A stretch of 64,000 nucleotides of DNA from Candidatus Magasanikbacteria bacterium RIFCSPHIGHO2_01_FULL_41_23 (GTDB taxonomy: Bacteria; Patescibacteriota; Patescibacteriia; Magasanikbacterales; UBA922), in assembly GCA_001782805.1 (NCBI GenBank), contig MFPT01000021.1:10546-74545 (forward strand). The letters are read 5' to 3'. Positions 17,734 through 27,288 of the stretch are shown here, piece by piece. The position numbers and the translations under genes were made by a program. How positions within the stretch are numbered: the stretch's first letter is position 1; each line of letters opens with the position of its first letter. A model generated the notes under the pieces. The model had not been told where the DNA came from and did not search any database. It saw only the letters and a program-made list of their open reading frames with translations.

Positions 17734-19047
17734 ATGTTAAAACTTTTAAGCAAGATGGTTTTATTTGTATTTATAGTCTTACTATTTTCTCTATCTTTTA
17801 CATCTTTCACACTTGCTATTTCGGTTTCAGAGTCTAATATCGACACTACGTACATGGTGGAGGATATGGTCGTGGATAGTTCGGGCAATATTCATACTGT
17901 TGTTATCCAATCAGTCAGCCAAACGGCGAATAATTTAGTATACAAAAAATATAATGGATCAAGTTGGAGTGCGACAACTGTTAGTAGCACGGTGAATATA
18001 TCTTACTATGCCAGTATAAAACTGGATTCCAGTGGTAATCCGGGGATTGCTTTTGCTGAATGGAATAGTGGTGTTGGAACACGAGCACTTTATTATAAGA
18101 AATATAATGGCAGTACTTGGGGAACAACAGTTGAAGTCGAAACAGGAATGGACAATGCTTCCGGAAGACCGGCATTGGAATTTTACAAAGAAGACGTGGA
18201 TGCAAACTATCCCACGATTTTCACTTGTCACGGATCTACGTATATTGTAGAAGAACATAAAGCGACTGGCAGCGGAACAGAACCAACTTTTGCCGCTCCC
18301 GCGAGTGTTTCCAATAACAATGACCATGATTGTTCGTCAATTGATGCGCATATTTCCGCGACAGATTATAGAGAAATTGTTATATCCCCAAAAGGTAGTC
18401 CCGGCACGACTGCATACGCTTTAAGTAATGATGGAAGTGGCTGGAATGCTAGCACTCTTTTTACCAGTGTTGATGTTATAAATGGCAGTGTGATTTTTTT
18501 GGATTATGATGGCAGTGAATATCATGCGGTAATAATAGATGATGCTTCGGCCAGCACTACGGATAATATTCTATATAGTAAAATGTCAGGCGGAAGCTGG
18601 TCGGCACAAGAAACAGTCGTTTCCGGAGCGCGACTTGGTCAAAATTATGTTGATATAGTTGCTGATACGGACAATTCTATTCCGTATGTTCTTTATTTTG
18701 ACAATGCCAACAATCTGCTTAAATATTCCTACAAACAAAATGGAAGCTGGACAGCCGGTACAATTGACAGTGGATTTAGCTTGGGGACAATGCAAGGAGA
18801 TTATAATAATTTTGTCGCCGGAGATTATTATTCCGGAGGATCAAAATTGATTGTTTTGGGTACACAATATTTGTCTGGTCCACCCAAATCATTTGAATTC
18901 AATAAATACGATTTAACCGGTCTCCCCACTCAAAGTCAAGAGGGTTCGGGAGTGCCGGAATTTAGCACCTATATGTATACTCTAATTCTTATTATGGGAT
19001 TTGGTTTTTTATACAGACGTTTTGGAGGAGAATTTTCTTTAAGATAA
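17734..19047 (+). CDS. Secreted repeat protein (YNGSxW beta-propeller-like repeats) with a C-terminal PEF/PEP-CTERM-like sorting signal
   Basis: N-terminal signal/TM segment. Repeated blocks KKYNGSSWSATTV and KKYNGSTWGTTV. The C-terminus is GSGVPEFSTYMYTLILIMGFGFLYRRFGG: a VPEF motif, a hydrophobic helix and an RR basic patch. Confidence 0.55.
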   Translation: MLKLLSKMVLFVFIVLLFSLSFTSFTLAISVSESNIDTTYMVEDMVVDSSGNIHTVVIQSVSQTANNLVYKKYNGSSWSATTVSSTVNISYYASIKLDSSGNPGIAFAEWNSGVGTRALYYKKYNGSTWGTTVEVETGMDNASGRPALEFYKEDVDANYPTIFTCHGSTYIVEEHKATGSGTEPTFAAPASVSNNNDHDCSSIDAHISATDYREIVISPKGSPGTTAYALSNDGSGWNASTLFTSVDVINGSVIFLDYDGSEYHAVIIDDASASTTDNILYSKMSGGSWSAQETVVSGARLGQNYVDIVADTDNSIPYVLYFDNANNLLKYSYKQNGSWTAGTIDSGFSLGTMQGDYNNFVAGDYYSGGSKLIVLGTQYLSGPPKSFEFNKYDLTGLPTQSQEGSGVPEFSTYMYTLILIMGFGFLYRRFGGEFSLR

Positions 19048-19342
19048 ATTTGAATCAATGGAAAGGGGTGGCCACTAAGGCTATCCCCAGACAGAACTTG
19101 ACAAAAGTTCTGGGTTTTGGTATTGTTCTGCGTTACATTGTAATCTTGTGTCCACTATCTCGACTTAGTCGGGACGAGCGAGGATATAGGGTATGTGCGT
19201 GTTTCTTCCTTAAGTAGGATAGCAAATAAGTATTACCCTGTATCCACGACAAGCATGGAGGTGTGAAGTAGGGAAGAGCAGGCTCACGCTCGCCTTTACC
19301 TATGTCACACCTTCTTGGATACGGGTAGGTTTATCCTATATA

Positions 19343-19394
19343 AAAAAAGCCTTCTTCGACACGGGTTTATCCCGAGCTTGTCGAGGGAGGCTTT
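19343..19394 (-). terminator. Rho-independent terminator downstream of clpP (minus strand)
   Basis: On the minus strand: AAAAGCCTCCCTCGACAAGCTCGGGATAAACCCGTGTCGAAGAAGGC followed by TTTTTTT. The hairpin contains a copy of the dispersed GTTTA.CC.GAGCTTGTCGA.GG motif. Confidence 0.45.
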
Positions 19395-19397
19395 TGT

Positions 19398-20012
19398 TTA
19401 TATGACTTTATCCGCCAAACCATAGGCCACGGCTTCGGTTGGATCCATAAAATGATCGCGATCAGTGTCTTGTTCTATGCGACTGATTGGTTGTCCGGTA
19501 TGATCAGCCAAGATTTGATTGAGTCGGTCTTTAATTTTTAAAATGCGTTCGGCGTGAATTTTGATATCACTGGCTTGGCCTTGCGCGCCGCCCAATACTT
19601 GATGAATCATAATTTCGCTGTTGGGCAAACAAAAACGTTTGCCTTTTTGACCGGCGGCCAAAAGCACTGATGCCATGCTCGCGGCCAAACCAATACAAAT
19701 GGTGGAAACATCGGATTTTATATATTTCATGGTGTCATAAATCGCCATGCCGGCTGTGACCGATCCACCCGGGGAATTGATGTACAATTTGATATCTTTT
19801 TCCGGATCTTGGTTTTCCAAAAATAAAAGTTGCGCAATCACAATATTGGCCACATGATCATCAATTTCCGTGCCCAAAAAAATGATCCGGTCTTTGAGCA
19901 GGCGCGAATAAATATCATACGCGCGCTCGCCGGACGATGTTTTTTCAATGACAGTGGGGATGAGATATTGGGCGGTGGGCGCAATGGTATTTTTAATACT
20001 GGTATTATTCAT
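19398..20012 (-). CDS. clpP: ATP-dependent Clp protease proteolytic subunit
   Basis: Full-length ClpP pattern: [24 protein letters not shown], catalytic Ser region [14 protein letters not shown], and the His/Asp region. Confidence 0.9.
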   Translation of the reverse strand: MNNTSIKNTIAPTAQYLIPTVIEKTSSGERAYDIYSRLLKDRIIFLGTEIDDHVANIVIAQLLFLENQDPEKDIKLYINSPGGSVTAGMAIYDTMKYIKSDVSTICIGLAASMASVLLAAGQKGKRFCLPNSEIMIHQVLGGAQGQASDIKIHAERILKIKDRLNQILADHTGQPISRIEQDTDRDHFMDPTEAVAYGLADKVI

Positions 20013-20265
20013 ATATATCGTGATTTCCTATATGTATAAAAATTACTTCGTTATTATTTCTGAATTGAAATATTATACGTAGTTTGTATGTTAAACGAAA
20101 AGACCATAAATCCAACAGATGTCCCTTTAGTTTGTGAGTTTGCAATGTATTGTCAAATGGATTTATGCAAAATATTTTTTCTTTTTCTTTAGCAGTTGCC
20201 TTTGTTTCATCGGTACATTTTTTATACTCCCGAATAAAAGATTTTGCATAATAAATATATAGCAT
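20005..20265 (-). CDS. Type II toxin-antitoxin system toxin, RelE/YafQ family
   Basis: 86 aa. The C-terminus [41 protein letters not shown] fits the RelE/StbE/YafQ signature. Paralog of 48482..48739. G-rich RBS 8 nt upstream of the ATG. Confidence 0.7.
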   Translation of the reverse strand: MLYIYYAKSFIREYKKCTDETKATAKEKEKIFCINPFDNTLQTHKLKGHLLDLWSFRLTYKLRIIFQFRNNNEVIFIHIGNHDIYE

Positions 20266-20283
20266 ACCCCCCCTTTTTTTATT

Positions 20284-20481
20284 TTAATTATCCAAATCTT
20301 TTAGTGAAGACAGATGATAAATTCTACCTTTTTTTATATCGCGCATTGACGGCCATAATTTCCACAACAAAATATATGGACTAATGGCGTGACGGAATCG
20401 AAAATATAACCCACTACGATTGGGGATTTTATTTTTCCGTGTATCGAGATTACACTGTAGAGTCGCAGTTATTTGTTCCAT
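20284..20481 (-). CDS. Putative cognate antitoxin-like small protein (member of a 3-copy paralog family; RelB/DinJ-like by position only)
   Basis: 65-aa ORF ending 18 nt before the toxin start. The C-terminus DIKKGRIYHLSSLKDLDN aligns with the C-termini of 48757..49023 (EREFRAGKGKILHSFADLDKD) and 49554..49784 (QRQFKAGKAIKLNSLADLD). Confidence 0.4.
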   Translation of the reverse strand: MEQITATLQCNLDTRKNKIPNRSGLYFRFRHAISPYILLWKLWPSMRDIKKGRIYHLSSLKDLDN

Positions 20482-20514
20482 ATATTCATATCATACGGTA
20501 AAAAAATTCATTCG

Positions 20515-22734
20515 TCAAACGGTCGTTGCCATTTCTTTTTTAAATCCACAGCCCTTGGTCGCACACTTAACCGTTCCTTTGGCGCCAAAGATAAGCGGAG
20601 CATAACACTGTGGACACATTTCTCCGGTTGGTTTGGTTGGTAAAATATTTTTGCATTCCGGATACTGATTGCAACTGTAAAAAATTCCACGTTTGCCTTT
20701 TTTCCCCACAAATTCTCCGACTTTACAAAGATTGCACATCACACCGGTTTTATTTTCTTTCTTTTTAATGTTTTTGCATTCGGGATATCCACTGCAACCA
20801 AGGAATGAACCAAAACGACCACGTTTGAGCGCCATTGGTTTGCCGCATTTTTCACAAACTTCTTTGATTTCATTGGCGAGCTCGGCCGCTTCTGCACTTC
20901 CTGGAATTGGTTTGGTGCTTTTGCACGTGGGATAATTAGTGCAGGCAATGAATTTTCCAAATCGGCCGATTTTTATGACCATGGCACTTTGGCATTTCGG
21001 ACAAATTTCATCGGTTTTTTCCTCGGTAATATCTTTTTTAACCAATGTTTCGGTTTTTTCAACAAGATTTTTGTGGAAAGGTTCATAAAATGTGGCGATA
21101 ATCGGTTGCCAATCTTTGGTGCCTTCGGCAATCGCGTCCAAATTTTCTTCCATTTTGGCGGTAAATTGATAATCCACAATATCGCCGAAATGTTCAACCA
21201 ACAAATCATTGACCACGAGCGCGATGTCAGTGGGTTTAAAGCGTTTATGTTCATCGCGTTCCACATAATTGCGATCTTCAATTGTGGCAATCGTTGGCGC
21301 GTACGTTGATGGCCGGCCGATGCCATATTCTTCCAAGGCTTTGACTAAAGTAGCGTCCGAATAACGCGCGGCTGGTTCGGTAAAATGTTGTTCTTTTTTT
21401 AATTCTGTGCAGGGAATAATCGCGTTGATTTTTAAATCCGGCAAAATCGTTTCCGTGCCAGTGTCGGGCATAATCGCCAGCCAGCCGGGAAAAAGAAGGG
21501 TTTGGCCGGTGGCGCGGAAAATATACGGATTACTGGCAATATCCACGCTTACTCGATTGAGTTTGGCCGCAGTCATTTGCGTGGCAACTGCGCGTTGCCA
21601 AATTAAACTGTACAATCTTAATTGATCGTTGCTCAAGTATTGTTTAATTGATTCCGGCGATAATCCGGCTTCGGTCGGGCGAATCGCTTCGTGCGCTTCT
21701 TGTGCGTTTTTGGATTTGGTGGCATAACGACGTGGTTTTTCCAGTGCGTAATCAGAACCGAATTTTTGCATTACAAATTCACGCGCGTCAGTCGTGAATT
21801 TTTCCGACATATTAAGCGAATCCGTACGCATGTAAGTGATAAGACCGGTATGTCCGGCCGCGCCCAATTCCACGCCTTCATATAATTGTTGCGCCAAACG
21901 CATAGTATTTTTGGCGGAATATCCCAAACGTTGATTCGCGGTTTGTTGCAGTGTGGACGTAGTAAATGGTGGTGGCGGAACACGCGCGGCTTCTTTTTTT
22001 ATAACGTCTTTAATGGTAAATGTCTTACCGACTAATTCGCTGATTATTTTTTGCGCTTCAATTTCAGTTTCAATACTCAATTTATGTAATTTTTTGTCTC
22101 CTATCGCAATGAGTGTTGCCGGAAATTCGTGCGGATGCGCATTAAAAATTCCAATAATACTCCAATATTCTTGGGTTTTAAAGGCTTGAATTTCTCGTTC
22201 TCGCTCCACCACCAAACGTACGGCCACTGATTGCACGCGTCCGGCGGATAATCCACGCGTTACTTTTTTCCACAAAAATGGGGATAATTCATAGCCAACC
22301 AAACGATCAAGTACGCGACGCGCTTGTTGTGCGTCTACTAATTTTTGATCAATGTGGCGCGGATTGGCAATCGCCGTATCCAGCGCGTGTTTGGTAATTT
22401 CATGAAATACTATTCGCTCGGCAGTTTCAACCGGAATGTTGCAGACGTGAGCCAAGTGCCAGGAAATGGCTTCTCCTTCCCGATCTTCATCAGTCGCGAA
22501 TATAATGCGGTCGCTTTTTTTTGCCAAGTCTTTTAATTTTTTTACTTGCGCGGCTTTTTCTTTGGGAATTATATATGTTGGCAAAAAAGTTCCGCCCTCA
22601 ATGTCAATGCCGATTTTGCTTTTGGGCAAATCACGAATATGACCGAAAGATGACTCGACTGTGTAGCCGCGTCCCAGAAATTTAGTAATAGTTTTGGCTT
22701 TGGCCGGAGATTCAACGATAACCAATGTTTTCAT
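20515..22734 (-). CDS. topA: DNA topoisomerase I with C-terminal C4 zinc-ribbon repeats
   Basis: Toprim N-terminus MKTLVIVESPAKAKTITKFLG. Active-site region around LITYMRTDS. Four CxxC..CxxC zinc-ribbon modules at the C-terminus. Confidence 0.9.
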   Translation of the reverse strand: MKTLVIVESPAKAKTITKFLGRGYTVESSFGHIRDLPKSKIGIDIEGGTFLPTYIIPKEKAAQVKKLKDLAKKSDRIIFATDEDREGEAISWHLAHVCNIPVETAERIVFHEITKHALDTAIANPRHIDQKLVDAQQARRVLDRLVGYELSPFLWKKVTRGLSAGRVQSVAVRLVVEREREIQAFKTQEYWSIIGIFNAHPHEFPATLIAIGDKKLHKLSIETEIEAQKIISELVGKTFTIKDVIKKEAARVPPPPFTTSTLQQTANQRLGYSAKNTMRLAQQLYEGVELGAAGHTGLITYMRTDSLNMSEKFTTDAREFVMQKFGSDYALEKPRRYATKSKNAQEAHEAIRPTEAGLSPESIKQYLSNDQLRLYSLIWQRAVATQMTAAKLNRVSVDIASNPYIFRATGQTLLFPGWLAIMPDTGTETILPDLKINAIIPCTELKKEQHFTEPAARYSDATLVKALEEYGIGRPSTYAPTIATIEDRNYVERDEHKRFKPTDIALVVNDLLVEHFGDIVDYQFTAKMEENLDAIAEGTKDWQPIIATFYEPFHKNLVEKTETLVKKDITEEKTDEICPKCQSAMVIKIGRFGKFIACTNYPTCKSTKPIPGSAEAAELANEIKEVCEKCGKPMALKRGRFGSFLGCSGYPECKNIKKKENKTGVMCNLCKVGEFVGKKGKRGIFYSCNQYPECKNILPTKPTGEMCPQCYAPLIFGAKGTVKCATKGCGFKKEMATTV

Positions 22735-22795
22735 ATTTCGGTTGACTCAATATAAATATCGCGTAGAGCATAGTGGATATTTAGCTGATTGTCAA

Positions 22796-24160
22796 TTAAG
22801 CTATTTTTTTTGTATTGTTATTTTTGATTAATGTCGGTCGCAATTCTCCGCTTAGATAAATTGACCCAGTGACAAGAATAATACCTTTAGTTTCAGCTTG
22901 TTTTTTTGACCAAGCCACGGCTTCGATTGGATCAAGAAAAATTTCAGTTTTTATTTCCGGAGAATATTTTTTTACGATTTTTTGCATGGCATCAAGATTC
23001 AGCGTTTTTCTGAATACATTCGTGATATTTTTAGTGCAGGCTACGGACGTTGGTTTAAGAGTTAGGAGTTTTTTAATCATGATATTTGTTTTTTTGTCGC
23101 CGGAAAATCCCATGACCAAATGAATTGGTTTATCGCCCAAAACCAGTCGTAATTTTTTTATTGTTTCAATCGTAGCGGAAATTTTTTGCGGATTATGCGC
23201 GCCGTCTAAAATGATATGCGGATTATTTTGTATGATTTCAAATCTAATCGGCTGGACGGTTTTTTTTAGTCCGGTTTTGATGGCGGTTTGATTAATGCCA
23301 AAATGCTTGGCAACTGTAATGGCCAATGCCGCGTTTCGTGCCTGATGCATGCCAAGAGCTTTAATTTCATAATTATTTCCGCGGTATGTAAAATTCGTGC
23401 TTATTTCAGAAATGGAAATTGATTTTTTTTCAGCCGAGGATAAATGAGAATGTATGACTATGGCTTTTTTATGATCCGCGGCTTTTTTTATGATTTTTAA
23501 AACAGCGCTACTTTCACTCATCGTAAAAACCGGCGCGTTGGTGGTAATGATGCCGGCTTTTTCGGCGGCAATTTGAGAAATAGTCGTGCCCAAATGTTTG
23601 GTGTGATCCAACCCAATGTCAGTAATAATGGCGGCATCTTTTCGTGGTATTATATTTGTGGAATCAATTCGTCCGCCCATCCCAACTTCCAGTACCGCAC
23701 AATCGACTTTTTTTCTAGCAAAATAATGCAGAGCCATAACCGTATAAATTTCAAACAATGATGGCACGTCATATGGACTCGTGCGGATGTATGTTTCCAA
23801 TGCTGTTTTAATTTCTTGCACTAAAATAATAAATTCGGTTTTTGATATTGGTTTATTATTAATTTGCCAGCGTTCTCGAATATCACTGATATAGGGAGAT
23901 AAAAATAAGCCGGTTTTGCGTCCGGCACATTGCCAAATTGAACTTAAATACGCGCAAACCGAACCTTTACCACTGGTTCCCGCCACATGCAAATAATGAG
24001 GAATTTTTTTCTCCGGATTATGCAATATATCCAGCAAAAATTGCGTTCGTTTAAAAAAATGATTATCCGAGTCATTATTTTTGTTCGCGCTATCCGAATA
24101 TTCCCGTCGATTGATGGTTTTGAAAGAATCAAGTAATTGGATGGCATTCTGATAATTCAT
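22796..24160 (-). CDS. folC: Folylpolyglutamate synthase / dihydrofolate synthase (Mur ligase family)
   Basis: P-loop HVAGTSGKGSVCAY. Mur-ligase middle and C-terminal domains. Confidence 0.8.
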   Translation of the reverse strand: MNYQNAIQLLDSFKTINRREYSDSANKNNDSDNHFFKRTQFLLDILHNPEKKIPHYLHVAGTSGKGSVCAYLSSIWQCAGRKTGLFLSPYISDIRERWQINNKPISKTEFIILVQEIKTALETYIRTSPYDVPSLFEIYTVMALHYFARKKVDCAVLEVGMGGRIDSTNIIPRKDAAIITDIGLDHTKHLGTTISQIAAEKAGIITTNAPVFTMSESSAVLKIIKKAADHKKAIVIHSHLSSAEKKSISISEISTNFTYRGNNYEIKALGMHQARNAALAITVAKHFGINQTAIKTGLKKTVQPIRFEIIQNNPHIILDGAHNPQKISATIETIKKLRLVLGDKPIHLVMGFSGDKKTNIMIKKLLTLKPTSVACTKNITNVFRKTLNLDAMQKIVKKYSPEIKTEIFLDPIEAVAWSKKQAETKGIILVTGSIYLSGELRPTLIKNNNTKKIA

Positions 24161-24205
24161 AAGAAGAGACGCGTTGACTGATTTTTTAATTCATCATTTT
24201 TTATT

Positions 24206-25273
24206 TTAAGAGCATATATATCGATTTCCCAGAATGGCCTGTATCATCCCTTTAATTTCCATTTCCGTCAAGAGGACAGCCACATGATGGGCGGGCAGAT
24301 TAAGTTTTTGGACAATCGCATCACCAGTTTGCGGTTCGTTTGCCAGAAACGCCATAATTATATTTTCGATTGGGTTTGAGGAAATAGGTACTGTACTCTG
24401 CGATTTCTTTTTTTGATTAAGATTAAAAACCGCACGCAAATCATTGACGCTGGTAATTATGGTGGCACCGTCTTTAATTAAATTATTCGGACCAACACCA
24501 ACAAGTGAAAAAATAGAATGAGGAACTGCCAATACTTCGCGGCCTTGCTCCAGTGCGCAGCTGGCAGTGATGAGTGCGCCGGATTTAATTCCGGCTTCAA
24601 TAACGAGTGTCGCTTTGGCTAAACCGGAAATAATCCGGTTACGTTTGGGAAAAGTATAATTGGTTGAAGCAGTGCCTGGGGGATATTCAGTAATTACGGC
24701 TCCGCCTGAAGCAATAATTTGTTCACTGATTTTTTTTCGCTCCGCGAATAATTCATTGCTATCAAATCCCGCGCCCAAAACTGCGATGGTGTAAGCATTA
24801 ACATTGAGAGCGGCTTGATGAGCAAAACTGTCTATGCCATAGGCCAAACCGGAAACAATGCCGATTTCCTTGGCAAACGGCTCGACAATTTTTTCGATAA
24901 TTTGTTTTCCAACAAAAGTATTTTGGCGTGTGCCGACCACGGCTAAGAGCGGTTGATTGTTTTTTAATTGTCCTTGAACAAACAATGTGTATGGCGGATC
25001 AAAAATTGCCGCGAGTAATGGCGGATAATCAGGATCGACAATGGTAATAATTCGCGCGTTGGCTTTTTTTAGATCATTTTCGCATTTTTGTTCATCAAGA
25101 CTGTCTCGCCAGACAATAAATTTATCAAGTGTTTCTTTTGGCCACTTTAATTTTTGTAAATCAGATTTTTGCGTTTGCCAAAAATTATCAAGCGAACCAA
25201 ATAGCGCGATGATAGTTTTGTAACGCGGCACACTGATGTGCAGCCAAAAAGCCAGAAGTCCCTCCTTGGTCAT
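24206..25273 (-). CDS. dprA: DNA processing protein A (Smf/DprA family), competence/recombination mediator
   Basis: Rossmann-like DprA core GLAYGIDSFAHQAALN ... AVLGAGFD. C-terminal winged-helix-like extension. Confidence 0.8.
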   Translation of the reverse strand: MTKEGLLAFWLHISVPRYKTIIALFGSLDNFWQTQKSDLQKLKWPKETLDKFIVWRDSLDEQKCENDLKKANARIITIVDPDYPPLLAAIFDPPYTLFVQGQLKNNQPLLAVVGTRQNTFVGKQIIEKIVEPFAKEIGIVSGLAYGIDSFAHQAALNVNAYTIAVLGAGFDSNELFAERKKISEQIIASGGAVITEYPPGTASTNYTFPKRNRIISGLAKATLVIEAGIKSGALITASCALEQGREVLAVPHSIFSLVGVGPNNLIKDGATIITSVNDLRAVFNLNQKKKSQSTVPISSNPIENIIMAFLANEPQTGDAIVQKLNLPAHHVAVLLTEMEIKGMIQAILGNRYICS

Positions 25274-25276
25274 AAT

Positions 25277-25822
25277 TTATATAATTTTTTTAAGAGCCGC
25301 GACCGCTTTTTCAATTGATTGATGAGCAGTTCGTCGTTCCAATAAACTGAATTTTTTTAAAACAAAATGCGCCATATCAGACATTTTTTTAGGATCGGTG
25401 CTGGCAATTCCCACGCGGAGTCGGGTAAAATTTTGCGTGCCCAGTTCAGCTACAATGGAAATTACGCCGTTATGTCCGGCTGAGCCGCGATTAGTTTGAA
25501 TTTTCATTTCTCCCAAAACAATATCTTTATCATCGTGCACGACGATAATTGATTCGGGATCAATTTTATAAAAGCTGGTCGCTAGTTGCACGGCAATGCC
25601 GGACGCGTTCATGTACGTAAGCGGTTTCAGCAGAATAACTGTTTCCGTGCCAATCGTCCCTTTACAGATCTCCGCGTTGCATTTTTTGCTGATTTCCCAG
25701 CCTGACCATTGGGCTTCGTTCGCAGTGAATTTTTTTAATTCATCCAATATTATAAACCCAACATTGTGTCGAGTTTTTTGATATTGTTTGCCTGGATTGC
25801 CAAGACCGACGACCAGTTTCAT
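25277..25822 (-). CDS. pth: Peptidyl-tRNA hydrolase
   Basis: MKLVVGLGNPG..YQKTRHNVGF N-terminus and HNGVISI motifs. The ORF track allows an upstream start at 25861, but the conserved Pth N-terminus begins at MKLVVGLGNPG. Confidence 0.85.
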   Translation of the reverse strand: MKLVVGLGNPGKQYQKTRHNVGFIILDELKKFTANEAQWSGWEISKKCNAEICKGTIGTETVILLKPLTYMNASGIAVQLATSFYKIDPESIIVVHDDKDIVLGEMKIQTNRGSAGHNGVISIVAELGTQNFTRLRVGIASTDPKKMSDMAHFVLKKFSLLERRTAHQSIEKAVAALKKII

Positions 25823-25869
25823 ATTTCGATAGTTCAGCGAGTTCACTACAAGTAAACTCAATATAAATA

Positions 25870-27288
25870 TTATCGTTTCATTTTGGTTAATTTAATCACA
25901 ATGGGCGCGCCGATAAAATTAAACTGTTCACGCAATTTATTTTCAATAAAATGAACGTAGGACAAATGGAGCGATGTCTGATATTTGATAAACAATTCAA
26001 AAATCGGCGGTGCCGCATTTATTTGACTAAGGCCAAGTAATCCCGGTTGACGCGTCCCTTTGCCTTTGGCCGGTTTGTGCAATCGTTTGATCGTGCGGAA
26101 AAATTCATCCAGCTCCTTGGAATCAATGATGGTTTTGCGCGCTGCGTTTACTTCCAATAGTAATGGAAAAATTTGATGGACGCGATAACCGGTTTTGCCG
26201 CTCACCATTACAATCGGCGCGAATTTAAGATGAGGGAAATGCTGATAAATTTTTTCTTTTACGTCTTGACGATGCGCATCAGAAACATCATCGGTCAGAT
26301 CCCATTTGTTCAGCACGATAATAACACTGCGACTGTGCCGTTCCAACAGTCCGCCAAGTTGTAAATCTTGGCTTGATAATGCTTCATTCGCATCAAGCAC
26401 CAAAAGAACAATATCTGATCGTTCAATTGATTCCAGACTTTTGTGCACTCCTTGATTTTCCAATCCGCCTTCCACTCGTGATTTGCGACGAATACCGGCC
26501 GTGTCAACAAAGGTAATGTGATGTTTTATTTTGTCTGCTTCATAGACAAGAGTCGTATCAAATGATTCACGCGTCGTGTGTGCGATGGGACTGACAATTA
26601 CTTTTTCTTCGCCGATTAATTTATTGAAGAGAGATGATTTTCCCACGTTTGGTTTGCCGATTAAGGCTACACGCAGGGGATTTTTTGGCTCCACGAGAGA
26701 TAAAATTTTTGGTCGCTTATTTTTTTTACCAAGAGCGGTGTACAATACATCCAAAAAATCACCTACGCCTCGACCACTGGCGGCAGAAACAGCCAAAGGT
26801 GAACCAAGACCAAGACCAAGCCATTCTTGATTGTAAATTTCCAATTCATATTTGGGTTTATCGCATTTGTTGGCAACGAAAATAATCGGAATATTTTTGC
26901 CTAGAAAGCGTTGGCGGATTTTTTTTATCAGTTCTAGTTCTTGGGGCAAAATACCCACTTGTGTGTCAGCGACAAATACAATCGCGTCAGCCAACTGGAG
27001 CGCGCTGTCTGCTTGCGCCAAAATTTCTTCGGCAAAAAATTCATTTTCCGCTGTATCTTGTCCGCCCGTGTCAATGATTTTGATGTTTTTACCGCGCCAC
27101 AAAACTTCGCCTTCATTATTGGTACGCGTGGTTCCGGCAACATTGGAAACCAAGGCTTTGCTATCTTCGATTACGCGATTGAACAAGCTGGATTTACCGA
27201 CGTTGGCTCGACCGATAATCACGGCGATTGGTAAATTGCGTGTTGGTTTGGTTGTTGGAGTTGCCATATAATTAATCAATAAAATCAT
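25870..27288 (-). CDS. der: Ribosome-associated GTPase Der/EngA (tandem GTPase domains plus KH-like domain)
   Basis: Two G1 motifs, GRANVGKSS and GKPNVGKSS. DTGG/DTAG G3 motifs. NKxD motifs NKCD and NKWD. Confidence 0.9.
   Translation of the reverse strand: MILLINYMATPTTKPTRNLPIAVIIGRANVGKSSLFNRVIEDSKALVSNVAGTTRTNNEGEVLWRGKNIKIIDTGGQDTAENEFFAEEILAQADSALQLADAIVFVADTQVGILPQELELIKKIRQRFLGKNIPIIFVANKCDKPKYELEIYNQEWLGLGLGSPLAVSAASGRGVGDFLDVLYTALGKKNKRPKILSLVEPKNPLRVALIGKPNVGKSSLFNKLIGEEKVIVSPIAHTTRESFDTTLVYEADKIKHHITFVDTAGIRRKSRVEGGLENQGVHKSLESIERSDIVLLVLDANEALSSQDLQLGGLLERHSRSVIIVLNKWDLTDDVSDAHRQDVKEKIYQHFPHLKFAPIVMVSGKTGYRVHQIFPLLLEVNAARKTIIDSKELDEFFRTIKRLHKPAKGKGTRQPGLLGLSQINAAPPIFELFIKYQTSLHLSYVHFIENKLREQFNFIGAPIVIKLTKMKR

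Noticed and set aside
19050-19340. RNase P RNA or tmRNA in the ORF-free segment (and in the GC-rich island at 34560-35365)
   Set aside because: GGAAAG and ACAGAAC occur only 35 nt apart. There is no P4-forming GGAAAGUCCGG/ACAGAACCCGGCUUA pair, no GGUUCGA T-loop and no tag-peptide reading frame. The class remains unassigned.
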